Positions 1-14,838 of a DNA stretch of 64,000 nt are shown here, in pieces. Position 1 is the stretch's first letter. Every line of letters begins with the position of its first letter. The stretch comes from Schmidtea polychroa (Eukaryota), in NCBI GenBank assembly GCA_044892525.1, contig CM097885.1:49850001-49914000 (forward strand), in the 5' to 3' direction. Below the pieces are notes generated by a model that saw only the letters and a program-made list of their open reading frames with translations, made no database searches and was not told the DNA's origin. The translations under genes and the position numbers were made by a program.

Positions 1-2515
1 TTTTGTAGAGAAAAAATCTATACAAAACCACTTACTTTGAAAATTATGTGATAATTCCATCTATTTTAAATATTTTATTTTAAAAATATTTTCTTTGTTC
101 CAGCGGGCTCACAACTTACTAATTCGTGTACGACTTTGTGTATGTGTGTGTTATTCATGTAGTAAAACAAGTTTAAATATTTTTATTAACTTTTCAAGTA
201 TTTTTTAATTTAATGACGTTTCTTACTAATTTTAATCGTTCTATTTTTTTAGTTTAGGTTTCAATGTTATAGTCACCATGGTGGATCTGGCCATTTTCAT
301 CTAGTTTAATTCAATTATTATATTTTTCATTGCAATTTTAATTCACTTTGAATGACTGTGTATTATATTTTTTTCTATTTTATTTTAAAAGATTTTATTT
401 TATTCTTAATTTTTTCTCAGCCACAATAATTTGAACTTGTTTTCTTTGTTATTTTTACTTGTTATAATTTTATTTAATTTGTTATTTTGAATTGTTTTCT
501 TGATTGGTTGTGATTTTAACGACCAAAATCGCATATCTTGAGTCTACCCGAAAAATATTTATCACTATACGACATCATTACTTTACCCATCACTTGAAAG
601 CAAAAGGTGGCTTTTTCTTGATTTTCAGCATGTTAAAAGTATCTAGAGAGAAACAGAATTAATCCTTTGTCAGACGACTACATGATTGTTAGAACTAACC
701 GACTCTGTACCCACGGTGACAGATCATGTTGGCACTGTATATAGTGGTTGTATGTGAGCAAAGAGGTGAGCTTCGTTACCAAGACTACTCTCTACCTGAC
801 AATCATCGGAGGACCTAGAAGACAGAAAAAAGGTCTTTCGTCTTTCGCATCTAAACTTCTCTGCATCATAGCGTGATCTAAAATTAGTAGTCTCGGATCT
901 TGTATATTTAAAATAATTAGTGGTTTTCTCTTAATAATTACAATAAATGTACACAAATATCATCAATCTCATTTGAAATATTTCCGATTTATCACCAGAA
1001 CGCTGCTTCGGCCTTAGCGGGGAGGTAATCCAAATTGAAAATGACCTCGTCATTCATGTCGACCACGAAAGAGATATTTCTAACACAAATTTTGGATCGG
1101 GCTCTGGAGCGAAAATCGGTGGTTTCTACACGGTGGCCGCTTCTACGCGTAACTGCGGTTTGCGAGCCCTCTGAGGTTGACAAAGGTTCTTCTGCTTCGA
1201 TGTCTTTGTCAGTGTTGAAGATAGAGTGGCCACCGCACAAAGATTGATGAACAGTGGTGAACGATGAAGAAATTTGAAGTTGGACGTAATTTTTCCGCCA
1301 TTCATATATTCGTCAATTCGAAGTATTATTATTAATATCCATTACAAAAAAAATAACAGTTTTTCAAGTAAAAGTTTAACCAAAAGAGTTTAGGGTAGTC
1401 GAGTTTAACATTCAAATTTATTTGGTATAGCGGGTTCATTTCAGGAGGTAGAATATTTTGACGACCAATTTTAGTTTCTGGATTTTATTACATTTTTAAT
1501 TAAATTTTTAAATAAAATATTTTAAATGTTTTCCCTAATAATTTCGTAATTCACTTTGTCTTTGCCTTTGTGTTTGTGTTTTTTCGTTTTCTTTTAAAAA
1601 AAGTTTCCCCCTTTTCTTTACAACTTCTGTCTCTTTTTTCTTAACAAATTATGTCTTGCTTTTATAGTCTGCCATCCAATAACAGTTACAGTTAATTATT
1701 TTTACTTCCAGAATATTTTCTTGGGTTTTCTAAAATTTTTCTATTATCTTCGACAGCTGTCGAAATATATAATTTTAAGAAATGATATTTTGTGACTACT
1801 CCGGTGATCCATTTATTATCTCGGAGAAGTTGTTGATGCTTAGTTTGTAAAGCAAAAAGACAAAACTGAAAAGTAGACAAAAACATATTTCGATTTAACT
1901 TTTTATTAATTGTATTTTGAAAGATTTTTCAGAATTTTCAAAGAAGCAGCAGTGACAGTTCGTAATATATCAGTAAAATTTTCATTAAATATCATATCAT
2001 CTAAAAAGAGAGAGAAAAATGTTGCACATTTGGTTTTTATTTATGTAATAATTTATTAATTAAACTTTTTTTTCAGATTTACATTTATTCCAATCATGTC
2101 GTTTTAATGTTGATCGAATATTTTATTATGATCGGATTATTGCCTAGTCAATGGAAACCAGTAAAGATAAATAACTATCACTTAAGTTTTGTAACTATTA
2201 TCTATAAATGATGTTAACTTACATAAATGTATCGGAACCGTGACCATAATCCTAGGAATAATTAATATCAACCTGGTATTTACCTGGCCAGACATTATAA
2301 TTAGTTCTAGAATTTATTTCTACTGGTTTCATTATATTATTGACATTCGAAGTAGAATTTTTGGATGCTAAATTTTATAATTTGATTAAAACTTTGCAAT
2401 TAGTAAAATTCTTTATATTTTTGTTCACCTTTGATATGTTCTCTTTTTTTGATGATATTTCATTTATTTTTGTTATGATTTGACATAATAATATCTCTGT
2501 GCTGATGATGCAAAT

Positions 2516-3184
2516 TTGTTCACTCCCAATGCTATTCTGTGGCTCATGTTAACAGAAATCAAGAAATTCGATTTAGCAATCGGTCGTGAATTGTTCAATC
2601 AACTCACATTTCGCATCTCTCAACGACGAACTGTTCTGTTAGATGTTATCCAATTCCTTCGAAATCCATTCAAAAAGCCAGATCTCGCTGAGTTTATCGA
2701 AAAGTCGTCTGAGAAGAATGTCATCAAATCAATGAAGGAAGTCTCTTTGAAATTCATCGATGATGATGGGGAAAATGCTGAAGCTGTGCAGAACATTGAA
2801 ACGGAAGAGGCTGAGGGATTCAAATTCCAACAAAAATTCAAAATTGCGACAACAAATAATTGGCAAATGAGGCAACAGACACAACAGTTTCCTATCCAAA
2901 GCCAACGCTCACAACATGCTGTCCTCGAGAATGAGCTTAAGCTGTTCAAATCAAGTGGCAAGCAAGGAACTATGCTCAAAAAATCATTTTTGAATCTGTT
3001 GAAGATATCACCGACAAGCGTTGATTCTGAACGAGCATTCTCGCTTTCAGTTTCGTTTGTCACAAAGCTTCGGTCTCGACTTGGTGCAGAAAGTATTTTC
3101 GATCTGATTCTCCTGAACTCGTTCTTCGCAAAATTGAGTAAAAAAATGCAATCGAAGCCGCAGCAGAGAAAGGCAAGTGAATGA
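2516..3184 (+). pseudogene. hAT-family transposase, C-terminal fragment (dimerisation domain)
   Basis: PTSVDSERAFSLS..FVTKLRSRLG..I..L motif typical of the hAT C-terminus; no N-terminal part or clear TIRs seen. Confidence 0.8.
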
Positions 3185-4587
3185 GACTAAGGTTATAAAA
3201 ACATGACGAGTTGCAGATAATTTTTAATTTAATGATTGAAATTTATCATTGATGTGTACGAAAACTCCAAATATTTCAATAAATGTTTGTCAAAATAATA
3301 ATTTTACAAGTTTTTCGTTTTCTCATATAATTTACAAGGATCCGAAAGATCCGATCAAACTATTTCTTGTAACAATAAAATACATTATTTTCTGATTTCT
3401 TACACATTGAACTCAATAAAAAAATGTTAATTTCTTCTTTCCGTAGCATTACAATATAAGGAAGGTTGGATTTTTATTTTATTATTTTATTTTTATACCA
3501 GAACTTGTAATATTATATTGTTTCTAAATTAATATACAGAGTATCCCAAAAATATATATACATTTTAACACCTCATATTTTCTAATTTAGTTTTCTTTTC
3601 TAGGTACAAGTAGATGGTAGTGGTACCGCTAGATCACATACCCCCCCCGGCCGGAAATTTTTTTTATTTTTTCAAGGTCAAATTTTAAACAAAGACATAT
3701 GACTCATCAAGGTCATTTAAACAAAGATCATGACTCATCAAGGTCATTTAAACAAAGATCATGACTCATCAAGGTCATTTCAAGGTCGCGTGACTCGTCC
3801 AAGGTCATTCCCAAGGTCATATGACTCATCAAGGTCATATTATTATTTTTAAAAAATATTATTATTTTATTATTATTATTCAAAATATTATTATTGATCT
3901 AGCGGTGACATGATTTTCGTTTGCCCAAATGGTATCGTTTCCATCATCTGAATTTATTATTCGATAGCTCATTTTAAAGCCCAGTGCAAGATCTATCTAC
4001 TGATATATAAATATCATCATCATCATTATTATTGGTATAGTTATTAACAATTGATGACCACCATCTTTTTCATAGTGAAATTATTATTAGTGATCTAGCG
4101 GTGACATGGTTTTCGTTTGCCCAAAAGTTATCGTTCCAATCATTTTATTTCATCGATCGATAGCTTATTTGGAAGCTTAGTGCAAGACCTTTCGAATGAG
4201 CTATTGAAGGTATCATCATCAATAATATTGACAAAGTTATTAACATTTTACCAAAAATCATTTTCAAGGTCATATAATTATTAGTGGTCTAGCGGGCCCT
4301 TGGTTTTCGTTTGCCCAACAGTTATCGTTCCCATCATTTTATTTCATCGATCGATAGCTCATTTTAAAGCCCAGTGCAAGATCTATCTACTGATATATAA
4401 ATATTATTATCATCATTATTATTGGCAAAATTATTAACGTTTTCCCGAGACCATTTTCAAGGTCATTTATTTTTTCAAAATATTATTTTTTCAAGGTCAT
4501 TTAATTTTTCAAGGTCATTTATTTTTTTCAAGGTCATTTATTTTTTCAAGGTCATGTTATTATTTTTAAAAAATATTATTTTCTAAG

Positions 4588-4717
<130 letters not shown>

Positions 4718-5546
4718 ATATATACTCCTAGTCTATCCGACAAAATATTCTGTCCCCTATGGGTAATGCTCACAAGGGTACTGATCACTAGGGTACTGCT
4801 CACACTCGACAAGTCACATGGGCATTGTTCACAAAGTTACTGGTAAAAATATTCAAGACAAAACTTTAACAAAGAAATTCTAAATATTATACTTTAAATA
4901 TACACTAAAATTTATTACCACATTCACATTCATCATCTCCACAGTTCATAACATTTTCAACAACATGATCTATACAATGTTTACTGATTGTTGTTATATA
5001 GTTGTAGGTTGATAATGCTTAGTATCTGGTTGTTGTCGGTTGTAAGTACTTAGTATCTAGTTGTTAGCTGGTTGTTGGTATCTAGTATCTAGTAAATGGG
5101 TAGGTGGGGGTTGAGTGTTAGCAATACCCTTACGACCAGTACCCTTAGGGGGTCAAAACATCCGGTCGGATAAACTCAGAGTATATATAATAAAACTGAT
5201 CAACAATAAGTATTTATTGAATGCGATTTTTACATTGCAATAATAAGTCAGTAGTAATCAATTAAAAGAAGAATGTTTTGTAAATTAGAATTCTATAGTC
5301 TTTCATTTTATTTAAATTATCATCAATCCCACGTAGTGATGAGTTGACAATTATTAATTTTTTGATGAAAATCATCATTTTTGTTAAATTTAGACATTTT
5401 GAAAAGGTTTTTCTACTGATTGTAATTAAACATATTTTGAAGACAGATAAAAAAATTAATTTAAAAAGCATTTCATAAAATACAATGAAGAATATTTAGT
5501 TGATTGTAAGTAGTTAGTTGTAAGTATCTGGTTGTTTGAGAGTTAG

Positions 5547-5765
5547 TTAGTACGTGGTATCATGTTGAAAGTATTTGGTATCTAGCTGTTTGTTAGAAAT
5601 ACATTGTTGTAAGTATTTGATTGTAAGTATTTGATTGTAAGTATCTGGTTGACCTTTTAAATTTTGACTTAAACATATTTGATTGTAATAATTTACAAAC
5701 AAATAATGTTTTCCCACAGCCCTTGGATCAATAATTTGATATACTGCATCATTTCTCAATTCCAT
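5547..5765 (-). pseudogene. Frameshifted 5' fragment of a Polinton packaging ATPase, left arm of element A
   Basis: MELRNDAVYQI is identical to the start of the ATPase at 59574; restoring 1 nt gives PSGCGKTLFVCKLL (Walker A). Confidence 0.85.
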
Positions 5766-8700
5766 TTTAATTAATTTAATCTATTAATATTATTTATATT
5801 TGTTTTAATTAATCGTTATATATGAATAAAAAATATTCAAATATAATTACATTATTAATGCTTCACAATATAAAGTATTATTTTTATTATTATTATTTTT
5901 ATTATTATTTTTATTAATATTAATTTATTATCATTATTATCATTATTATTATTTGTAAAATTTGCATCTAAATTTTCTTTCAAAACTATTTCATTAAAAT
6001 TTTCATTTCTCAAAACCTGACTATCATTCAAACTTTTTTATAATAGATTAAAAATTATTACTTTAATTAAAAATTTATGTCCATAATTTACTTTAATTTA
6101 ATTATTACTATCAATTCTTATTCTCTTTCTAAATTTATTAGTTAGTTTTAAAATTTACCCTTTTCATTTACTATTATTTTTATTAGTAGTGGTTAATTGA
6201 AATCTGTCTTTGAAATTAATTTAATATAAATTTGTATTTAATTTTGACTTGGCAAATAAATTTACCAATTTAGTTAGAAATCCATGTTTTTGGTTATACC
6301 ATTTAATTAAAATATTCTTGGATTCATAACAATTTTTATATAGTTGATACATATACCAATTATTTCAATTATTTAACTAGAAACATAACAGAATTCTTAG
6401 GTAATATAGTATTTTGTGTATTTTTGTGTATTTTTTAGTTAATTTATAAATATTATCTGACATTTTGATGTATCAATGCAATATACAACAAATTAATTAA
6501 TAACAACCATAGCATATTGTAAGTTTTTATATATATAGTCTGAATTTATCCTACAAAATATTCTGTCCCCCTATGTGTATTTGTCGTAAGGGTACTACTC
6601 ACATTCAACATGTCGCAAGGGTATATTAATTAGTAAATTAAGGTACATGTATATCAGTTAGAAATTCCTAGGTAATTTAGTGAGAAATAGATGCTCATAT
6701 ATATCTTTATCAGAAATTCGTGAATAATTGGAATATTTTAAATGTAACTTTTACCGAATTCTTATTTCGATCGACTAATTTATTGGTTAACTTTGTCATT
6801 TAAAATAATATTTAGCAAAAGGTTATTTAGCAAAATATCATTGAAAGGTTTATCCACCCGATAACACTATTTCTTCAAATGACCATATTTTACCATTAAC
6901 TGATATTCAACCGATTTAATTTCTAATTAAAATCATAAATTTCCTTCAATAAAGTTCAATTTTCTTTAGTTGTTGTCGATGTCCAACTCTTTTAAGTCAA
7001 TATTTCTCAAGTTTTGTCACCGATATCCCCACAATGAATATCCGTCTATAACATGTTAAATAAAGATAAATAATTTAAAGCAATAACCTTTGATATCATT
7101 CCCAATTAATTCTAAAGATTTCAGATATTTCATTGTCAAAACCAAGTAAATAAACACCTAATTGATCATTAACCCTAAACGACTTAATAAAACCGTGGAT
7201 AATTAATAAAAACTGGTTCTAAAGTAAAACATAAATCTAAATTACTGTACAATTACATTCATTACAACCTAATAATCCTAAAACGATATAATTTCACAGG
7301 AACTATTATTGACTCATAGCTAAATACTGAATATTTCCCTTGAAACATTGATATTTTACCAATAAGAAAATTATCGAATTAAATAGAGATATTCAAAACA
7401 TTTCCACCTTAACCGATCCCTCTCCAAATATTTCTACCCCTTTAAACATCCAACCGAATATATTCCTTAAAAATCATATATTCACATCTTAACCAAACCC
7501 TCACTAAATCCAACCGACTATATCCATTAAGTTCAGCCACTTGAGCCCTTTAATATAAGAATTCTTTTAAAATCCATAGAAAATTCTTCAAAATATGAAT
7601 TTTATTTAATTGTTACAGATACCAAACATTTTTCCATTGAAATAATTTAGTAGCTAAATTCATGTAGTAAGAGCCCACTAAAAGATCAAAATTCACTAAA
7701 ATCAATATTTTCTACAAATATTTCACCACATTTACCATCGAATATCTAACTAGGGATGATAATTTCTCATTTATTGATCATAATTCTTCATCGATTCAGC
7801 CAATTATTATCTTCCAAACTAAATCACAAATTTCAGTATAATTTACAATAATTTTCAAGTAGATTTCAAATAAAATTCATGATAAAATTAGCTGGTTTCA
7901 ACTTAGATTTTCAATATTTAAAGGTTCATCAATGCGTAAATGGAAATATTCTTAGAAAATATATGAAAAAATTATTTAATCAAATTATCATTACAAAGTC
8001 ATCATAAAAATAAAATAATTTATCCTATCACATGATTATTGTAAAAACTCTAATTATTAACCTAACTGTCATAAAAAATAATTTTTATTTAAAAACAAGT
8101 CAATAAAATATAGCAAATTATCAAGAAATTAATTAAATTTGTCTTAGAATTAACAATAAAACCTTAAATTCTTAAATATTCTTTCAATTAACATGAAATT
8201 CACAAAAATTATAGTAATTCACTTGAATATTCACTAAATCCCACTAACATCAACTCTAAAAAATTACCAATGAATTTAGTGCCAAATTATAACCAAAGAT
8301 TTGCCTAAATAAAATCATTAAAACATACCAGTACCCTTACGACCAGTACCTTACGACCAGTACCCTTACGATCAATACCCATGAGGGGTCAAAATATCTT
8401 GTCGGATAAACTCAGAGTATATATAATAAAACGAATTAAAAATAACTCCATCAAAGTGAAACAGTAAATTATCACAAATTTTGATAAAAAATCTTATTCA
8501 AAAATGGTAAGCAGCGTAAAATCGAAAGATAATTTTAATAACACCTAGTTTAGTTTAATTTTAATAACTGAAACTTTTTTTTTTTTTCTTAACATCGTTC
8601 AGTTTTTCCGTTAGCTTATTTTCAATCAGTGTAAAATTTTTATGAAATAATTTGCCAAGTCAAAATTAAATACAACTTTATATTAAATTAATTTCAAAGA

Positions 8701-9141
8701 CAGATTTCAATTAACCACTACTAATAAAAATAATAGTAAATGAAAAGGGTAAATTTTAAAACTAACTAATAAATTTAGAAAGAGAATGAGAATTGATAGT
8801 AATAATTAAATTAAAGTAAATTATGGACATAAATTTTTAATTAAAGTAATAATTTTTAATCTATTATAAAAATGTTTGAATGATAGTCAGGTTTTGAGAA
8901 ATGAAAATTTTAATGAAATAGTTTTTAAAGAAAATTTAGATGCAAATTTTACAAATAATAATAATGATAATAATGATAATAAAATAATATTAATAAAAAT
9001 AATAATAAAAATAATAATAATAAAAATAATACTTTATATTGTGAAGCATTAATAATGTAATTATATTTGAATATTTTTTATTCATATATAACGATTAATT
9101 AAAACAAATATAAATAATATTAATAGATTAAATTAATTAAA

Positions 9142-9360
9142 ATGGAATTGAGAAATGATGCAGTATATCAAATTATTGATCCAAGGGCTGTGGGAAAACA
9201 TTATTTGTTTGTAAATTATTACAATCAAATATGTTTAAGTCAAAATTTAAAAGGTCAACCAGATACTTACAATCAAATACTTACAATCAAATACTTACAA
9301 CAATGTATTTCTAACAAACAGCTAGATACCAAATACTTTCAACATGATACCACGTACTAA
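9142..9360 (+). pseudogene. Frameshifted 5' fragment of a Polinton packaging ATPase, right arm of element A
   Basis: Inverted copy of 5547-5765. Confidence 0.85.
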
Positions 9361-10189
9361 CTAACTCTCAAACAACCAGATACTTACAACTAACTACTTA
9401 CAATCAACTAAATATTCTTCATTGTATTTTATGAAATGCTTTTTAAATTAATTTTTTTATCTGTCTTCAAAATATGTTTAATTACAATCAGTAGAAAAAC
9501 CTTTTCAAAATGTCTAAATTTAACAAAAATGATGATTTTCATCAAAAAATTAATAATTGTCAACTCATCACTACGTGGGATTGATGATAATTTAAATAAA
9601 ATGAAAGACTATAGAATTCTAATTTACAAAACATTCTTCTTTTAATTGATTACTACTGACTTATTATTGCAATGTAAAAATCGCATTCAATAAATACTTA
9701 TTGTTGATCAGTTTTATTATAAATACTCTGAGTTTATCCGACAGGATGTTTTGACCCCCTAAGGGTACTGGTCGTAAGGGTATTGCTAACACTCAACCCC
9801 CACCTACCCATTTACTAGATACTAGATACCAACAACCAGCTAACAACTAGATACTAAGTACTTACAACCGACAACAACCAGATACTAAGCATTATCAACC
9901 TACAACTATATAACAACAATCAGTAAACATTGTATAGATCATGTTGTTGAAAATGTTATGAACTGTGGAGATGATGAATGTGAATGTGGTAATAAATTTT
10001 AGTGTATATTTAAAGTATAATATTTAGAATTTCTTTGTTAAAGTTTTGTCTTGAATATTTTTACCAGTAACTTTGTGAACAATGCCCATGTGACTTGTCG
10101 AGTGTGAGCAGTACCCTAGTGATCAGTACCCTTGTGAGCATTACCCATAGGGGACAGAATATTTTGTCGGATAGACTAGGAGTATATAT

Positions 10190-10316
<127 letters not shown>

Positions 10317-11637
10317 CTTAGAAAATAATATTTTTTAAAAATAATACCTTGAAAAAATAAATGACCTTGAAAAAATAAATGACCTTGAAAAAAAATAAAT
10401 GACCTTGAAAAATAATATTTTGAAAAATAATAATATGACCTTGAAAATAATAATATTTTGAAAAATAGTCAAATGACCTTGAAAAAAATAAATGACCTTG
10501 AAAAAATAAATGACCTTGAAAAAAATAAATGACCTTGAAAAATTAAATGACCTTGAAAAAATAATATTTTGAAAAAATAAATGACCTTGAAAATGGTCTC
10601 GGGAAAACGTTAATAATTTTGCCAATAATAATGATGATAATAATATGTATATATCAGTAGATAGATCTTGCACTGGGCTTTAAAATGAGCTATCGATCGA
10701 TGAAATAAAATGATTGGAACGATAACGTTTGGGCAAACGAAAACCATGTCACCGCTAGATCATTAATAATATTTTGAATAATAATAATAAAATAATAATA
10801 TTTTTTAAAAATAATAATATGACCTTGATGAGTCATGACGATGAGTCATATGACCCTCGGAATGACCTTGGACGAGTCACGCGACCTTGAAATGACCTTG
10901 ATGAGTCATGGTCTTACTTTAAATGACCTTGATGAGTCATATGTCTTTGTTTAAAATTTGACCTTGAAAAAATAAATTAAAAAAAAAATTTTTTTCCGGC
11001 CGGGGGGGGGGGGGTATGTGATCTAGGGTGACACTACCATCTACTGGTACAACATATTGAAAATAATGTCTGATATCAGACTATATTTTCTTTTTATTTT
11101 TTGAACTAATTTATTTGTTATTCTTGCAAAAGCATGAATACTTAAAATTTTCAATTTTCAATTCATTAATTAACAATTTTTATTAAAAATTTTATAATTT
11201 AACTTAAAAATCTACAGTTTAATTTAATGTAATATTGTTTATACTAAGTAATAAATCAACTTAAATTATAGAAAAAATTCATAAGTCTTTTATAGGTACA
11301 AATGATTTAAAATAATGAATGATATTAGACTTAACTCTGAATAATGTAAGTTTATTTTAAAGTGTTTTTATAAGTGTCAGATCGTAGTGAAAGTACAAAA
11401 ATGGTTTAGAAGGGAATTTCAGATAGTTCCAAATGTAGGAACTTAATAATAATCGGAAAAATGTATTAATTGATTAAAAATCTTTGTATAAAGCGTATCT
11501 GATACTTGCAAATTTAGGAATGGCATTACATTTGTTTGAATATGACTCCTGATTTTGGGTTGTTTAGAAATCCAATTGTGATGATGTAGTTTCCATTATC
11601 CGAGCGTGATCGTTGATTTGAACTTGATTTATATATT

Positions 11638-12527
11638 AGTAGATGGATTGGGCACCGCTGGCACAGGGCACCGCTAGCACAGTACCCCCCCCCGTCGGTA
11701 AGATTTTCAAAAATATTCTAAGTCTAAAAGTACATTTTTTTTCAAGGTCAAATTTAAACAAAGACATATGACTCATCAAGGTCATTGAAACAAAGACCAT
11801 GAGTCATCCTATGACTCATAAAATTTTTCAAGGTCATTTAAACAAAGACCATGACTCATCCGATGACTCATCAAGGTCATTTTCAAGGTCATATGACTCA
11901 TAATATGACTCATCAAGGTCAAAAAAATTTTCTCAAGGTCATTTAAACAAAGCCCATGACTCATCAAGGTCATTTTCAAGGTCATATGACTCATAGTATG
12001 ACTCATATGACCTTGAAAATTTTTTTTCAAGGTCATATGACTCATCCTATGACTCATCAAGGGGGCATTGAAACAAAGACCATGACTCATAGTATGACTC
12101 ATATGACCTTGGAAAAATTTTTTCAAGGTCATATGACTCATAATATGACTCATCAAGGTCATTTTCAAGGTCATATGACTCATAGTATGACTCATTTGAC
12201 CTTGAAAAAATTTTTTCAAGGTCATATGACTCATCCTGTGACTCATCAAGGTCATTTCCAAGGTCATATGACTCATAGTATGACTCATTTGACCCTGAAA
12301 AATTTTTTTCAAGGTCATATGACTCATCCTATGACTCATCAAGGTCATTCTCAAGGTCATATGACTCATCCGATGACTCATCAAAAATTTCAAGGTCATT
12401 TTCAAGGTCATCTGAGTCATCCTATGACTCATCAAGGTCATTTTCAAGGTCACGTGACTCATCCAAGGTCATTCCCAAGGTCATATGAGTCATCGCGATG
12501 ACTCATCAAGGTCATATTATTATTTTT
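11638..12527 (+). mobile_element. Truncated terminus of a non-autonomous Polinton derivative (element B) with TGACTCA/TCAAGGTCA array
   Basis: Starts AGTAGATGGATTGGGCACCGCTGGC, the same as at 14325, 18936 and (inverted) 31180. Confidence 0.85.
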
Positions 12528-13912
12528 ATATTTTATATTTTCTACTTATATTGACTGCATGTTCTGTGATCTAACGACGAGTAGAAGTATCAGCAGCGGC
12601 TTTAAGAGATTTCTCATTTGCAATGTACATTTATATATAAGTGAAACATTTCGTTGATTCACAAATTGTTCCAATTCGAGAGTTTTGAGAACATTTTTGT
12701 TGATTAAAAATATGGAGATTTTTGAAAGAAAGTGTATATATAAGAATATTAAAACAATGTCTTTTAATTTATTTAATTTAATAATGTATCCGAAATTTAA
12801 TTTTTAAATTAATATATTTATTAATTTGAAAGTCAGAAGCACTACACCACTTACGATATTTATCATTATCACACCAGGAATAAGTTTGAAAGATAATGGG
12901 CTGTTTCAGATGTCCAGAAACAATTTTGTGGGAAACCACGGTCATACGCAAGCTCATCAAGAAAAGAAAAACTACTGAAAACTTATCGCGATACTTCAAG
13001 AAAATCTGTTCGACAAGCGGTTCGTAATGTAGGCATTTAAAATTCGAGTGCCCATCGTATTTTGAAGCTTGCACATTGAAAGAGTTACATCCCAAGATTA
13101 ATCAAATAAAATGGTTGAAGATATTCAACAGCAGAACTCATTCGAGTTTCGAATATTCTTTTATATTTTAAGAATGTAATGAATTTATGTAGAGTTGCCA
13201 GATTTTTACCACACCGAACCCTGACGTCTGGCCAAACTAATTTATACTTATATAATAAATCACAGTTAATTTTATAAAAACGCCACTCGAACACCACTTA
13301 TACAATATATTTCGACAAGTTTCTTGTCATCATTCAGTAGGAACTATGGAAATTCTAAATTGATATTTCGAAATAATTATGAATTATTTTAAAAATTCAT
13401 AAACCAAATAATTAATTAATTTAAAACTTATTTAAAACAATATATTTTATTGTAAAACACTCATAATTATTGCACCAATGAAATTTAAATTGATTTTTTA
13501 CGTTAAATGAATTTATTTTTTTAATAGTAAAGTGATAAAAACCGATATTTTATAAAAATTATGAATATAAAAGAATAGAAAACTAAAAATAATGGTTTTA
13601 AGATATACAATGTTTAAGAACCCCTGGAATTTATAAATAATATTGCCTATAACTAATATATATTTAAAAAAAATATATTTAGAAAATCTTTAAAGATTAA
13701 TTTAAAAATAAACATATGTTGCCACATAACATTGTAATAAAACAAACAAAATTATTTCAAAAGGATAAAACTTACGAATGAATCTTAAATTTTATTATAT
13801 TGTATGATTATAGTATAATTATAATATGTATGCTAAATAAAATACTATAAGGAAAAGTTTAATTTTAAATAACAATCAATTCATGAAAATTAAGTTTCAA
13901 CATCGATATAAT

Positions 13913-14226
13913 TCACAGAATCCACAAACCTAAAATTAATAAAGAAGACATTATGAAAAGAAAAGAGACATAAGCTACGAGTCCAAAATTGTTTACATGA
14001 TGAATAAAAGCTAAATTTCGCGGATTTTCGTTAGTGAATTTTGCGTTCCCTAAATAAAAATATAACTTATTATAATTAACAGAATTTTTTATACTTTGAC
14101 GTAAAAACCAAAATATTCCTCCAATCATGAGTTCTCCAACAGTCCATACAATTATTACAATTTCAGTCAACAATTTTAAATTATTTCTTATATTAATAGT
14201 TGTAAAAACAAGCCAAAATGTAATAT
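13913..14226 (-). CDS. Probable terminal exon of the host cytochrome b561/ferric-chelate reductase-like gene (hydrophobic segments, stop codon)
   Basis: Polypyrimidine-TAG acceptor at 14228-14227; phase 1, open to TGA at 13913; phase matches the donor at 53759. Confidence 0.55.
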
Positions 14227-14324
14227 CTACAATAAATGAAATAAAAAATTATAAGAAGTATTTTATGCAAAAGCAACAATAATGGAAATAATAAAATTCG
14301 AATATATGTTTTTCTGTTAATAAT

Positions 14325-14838
14325 AGTAGATGGATTGGGCACCGCTGGCACAGGGCACCGCTAGCACAGTACCCCCTCCCCCCTCCCCCCGTCGTAAAAT
14401 TTGTAAAAAATTCTAAGTCTAAAAGTACATTTTTTTTCAAGGTCAAATTTAAACAAAGACATATGACTCATCAAGGCCATTGAAACAAAGACCATGACTC
14501 ATCCTATGACTCATCAAATTTCTCAAGGTCATTTAAACAAAGACCATGACTCATCCTATGACTCATCAAGGTCGTTTTCAAGGTCATATGACTCATAATA
14601 TGACTCATCAAGGTCAAAAAAATTTCCAAGGTCACTTAAACAAAGTCCACGCCTCATCAAGGTCATTTTCAAGGTCATATGACTCATACTATGACTCATC
14701 AAGGTCATTTTCAAGGTCATATGACACATCCGATGAGTCATAACAATTTTTAAGGTCATTTAAACAAAGACCATGACTCGTTCAAGGTCATTCTCCAGGT
14801 CATATGACTCATCAGATGAGTTATAAAAATTTTCAAGG
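14325..14838 (+). mobile_element. Truncated terminus of a non-autonomous Polinton derivative (element C)
   Basis: AGTAGATGGATTGGG terminus plus subterminal array, fused at ~14839 to an inverted Penelope fragment. Confidence 0.85.

Noticed and set aside
640..2500. Coding-like patches and possible short introns (e.g. ORF 992-1240, open frames near 1935-2160)
   Set aside because: No recognisable motif; frames on both strands conflict, so no gene model can be supported
6900..7950. Spacer of elements A and D looks like decayed coding sequence
   Set aside because: Many stops in the frames tried, and no identifiable motif
11809..12501. MSH/MTH-repeat ORFs and a CRISPR-like appearance of the array
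   Set aside because: Shuffled short motifs with no unique spacers and no cas genes, in eukaryotic context; the ORFs are by-products of the repeat
12778..13297. Two short minus-strand ORFs in slightly GC-richer DNA
   Set aside because: No recognisable domain or reliable splice model
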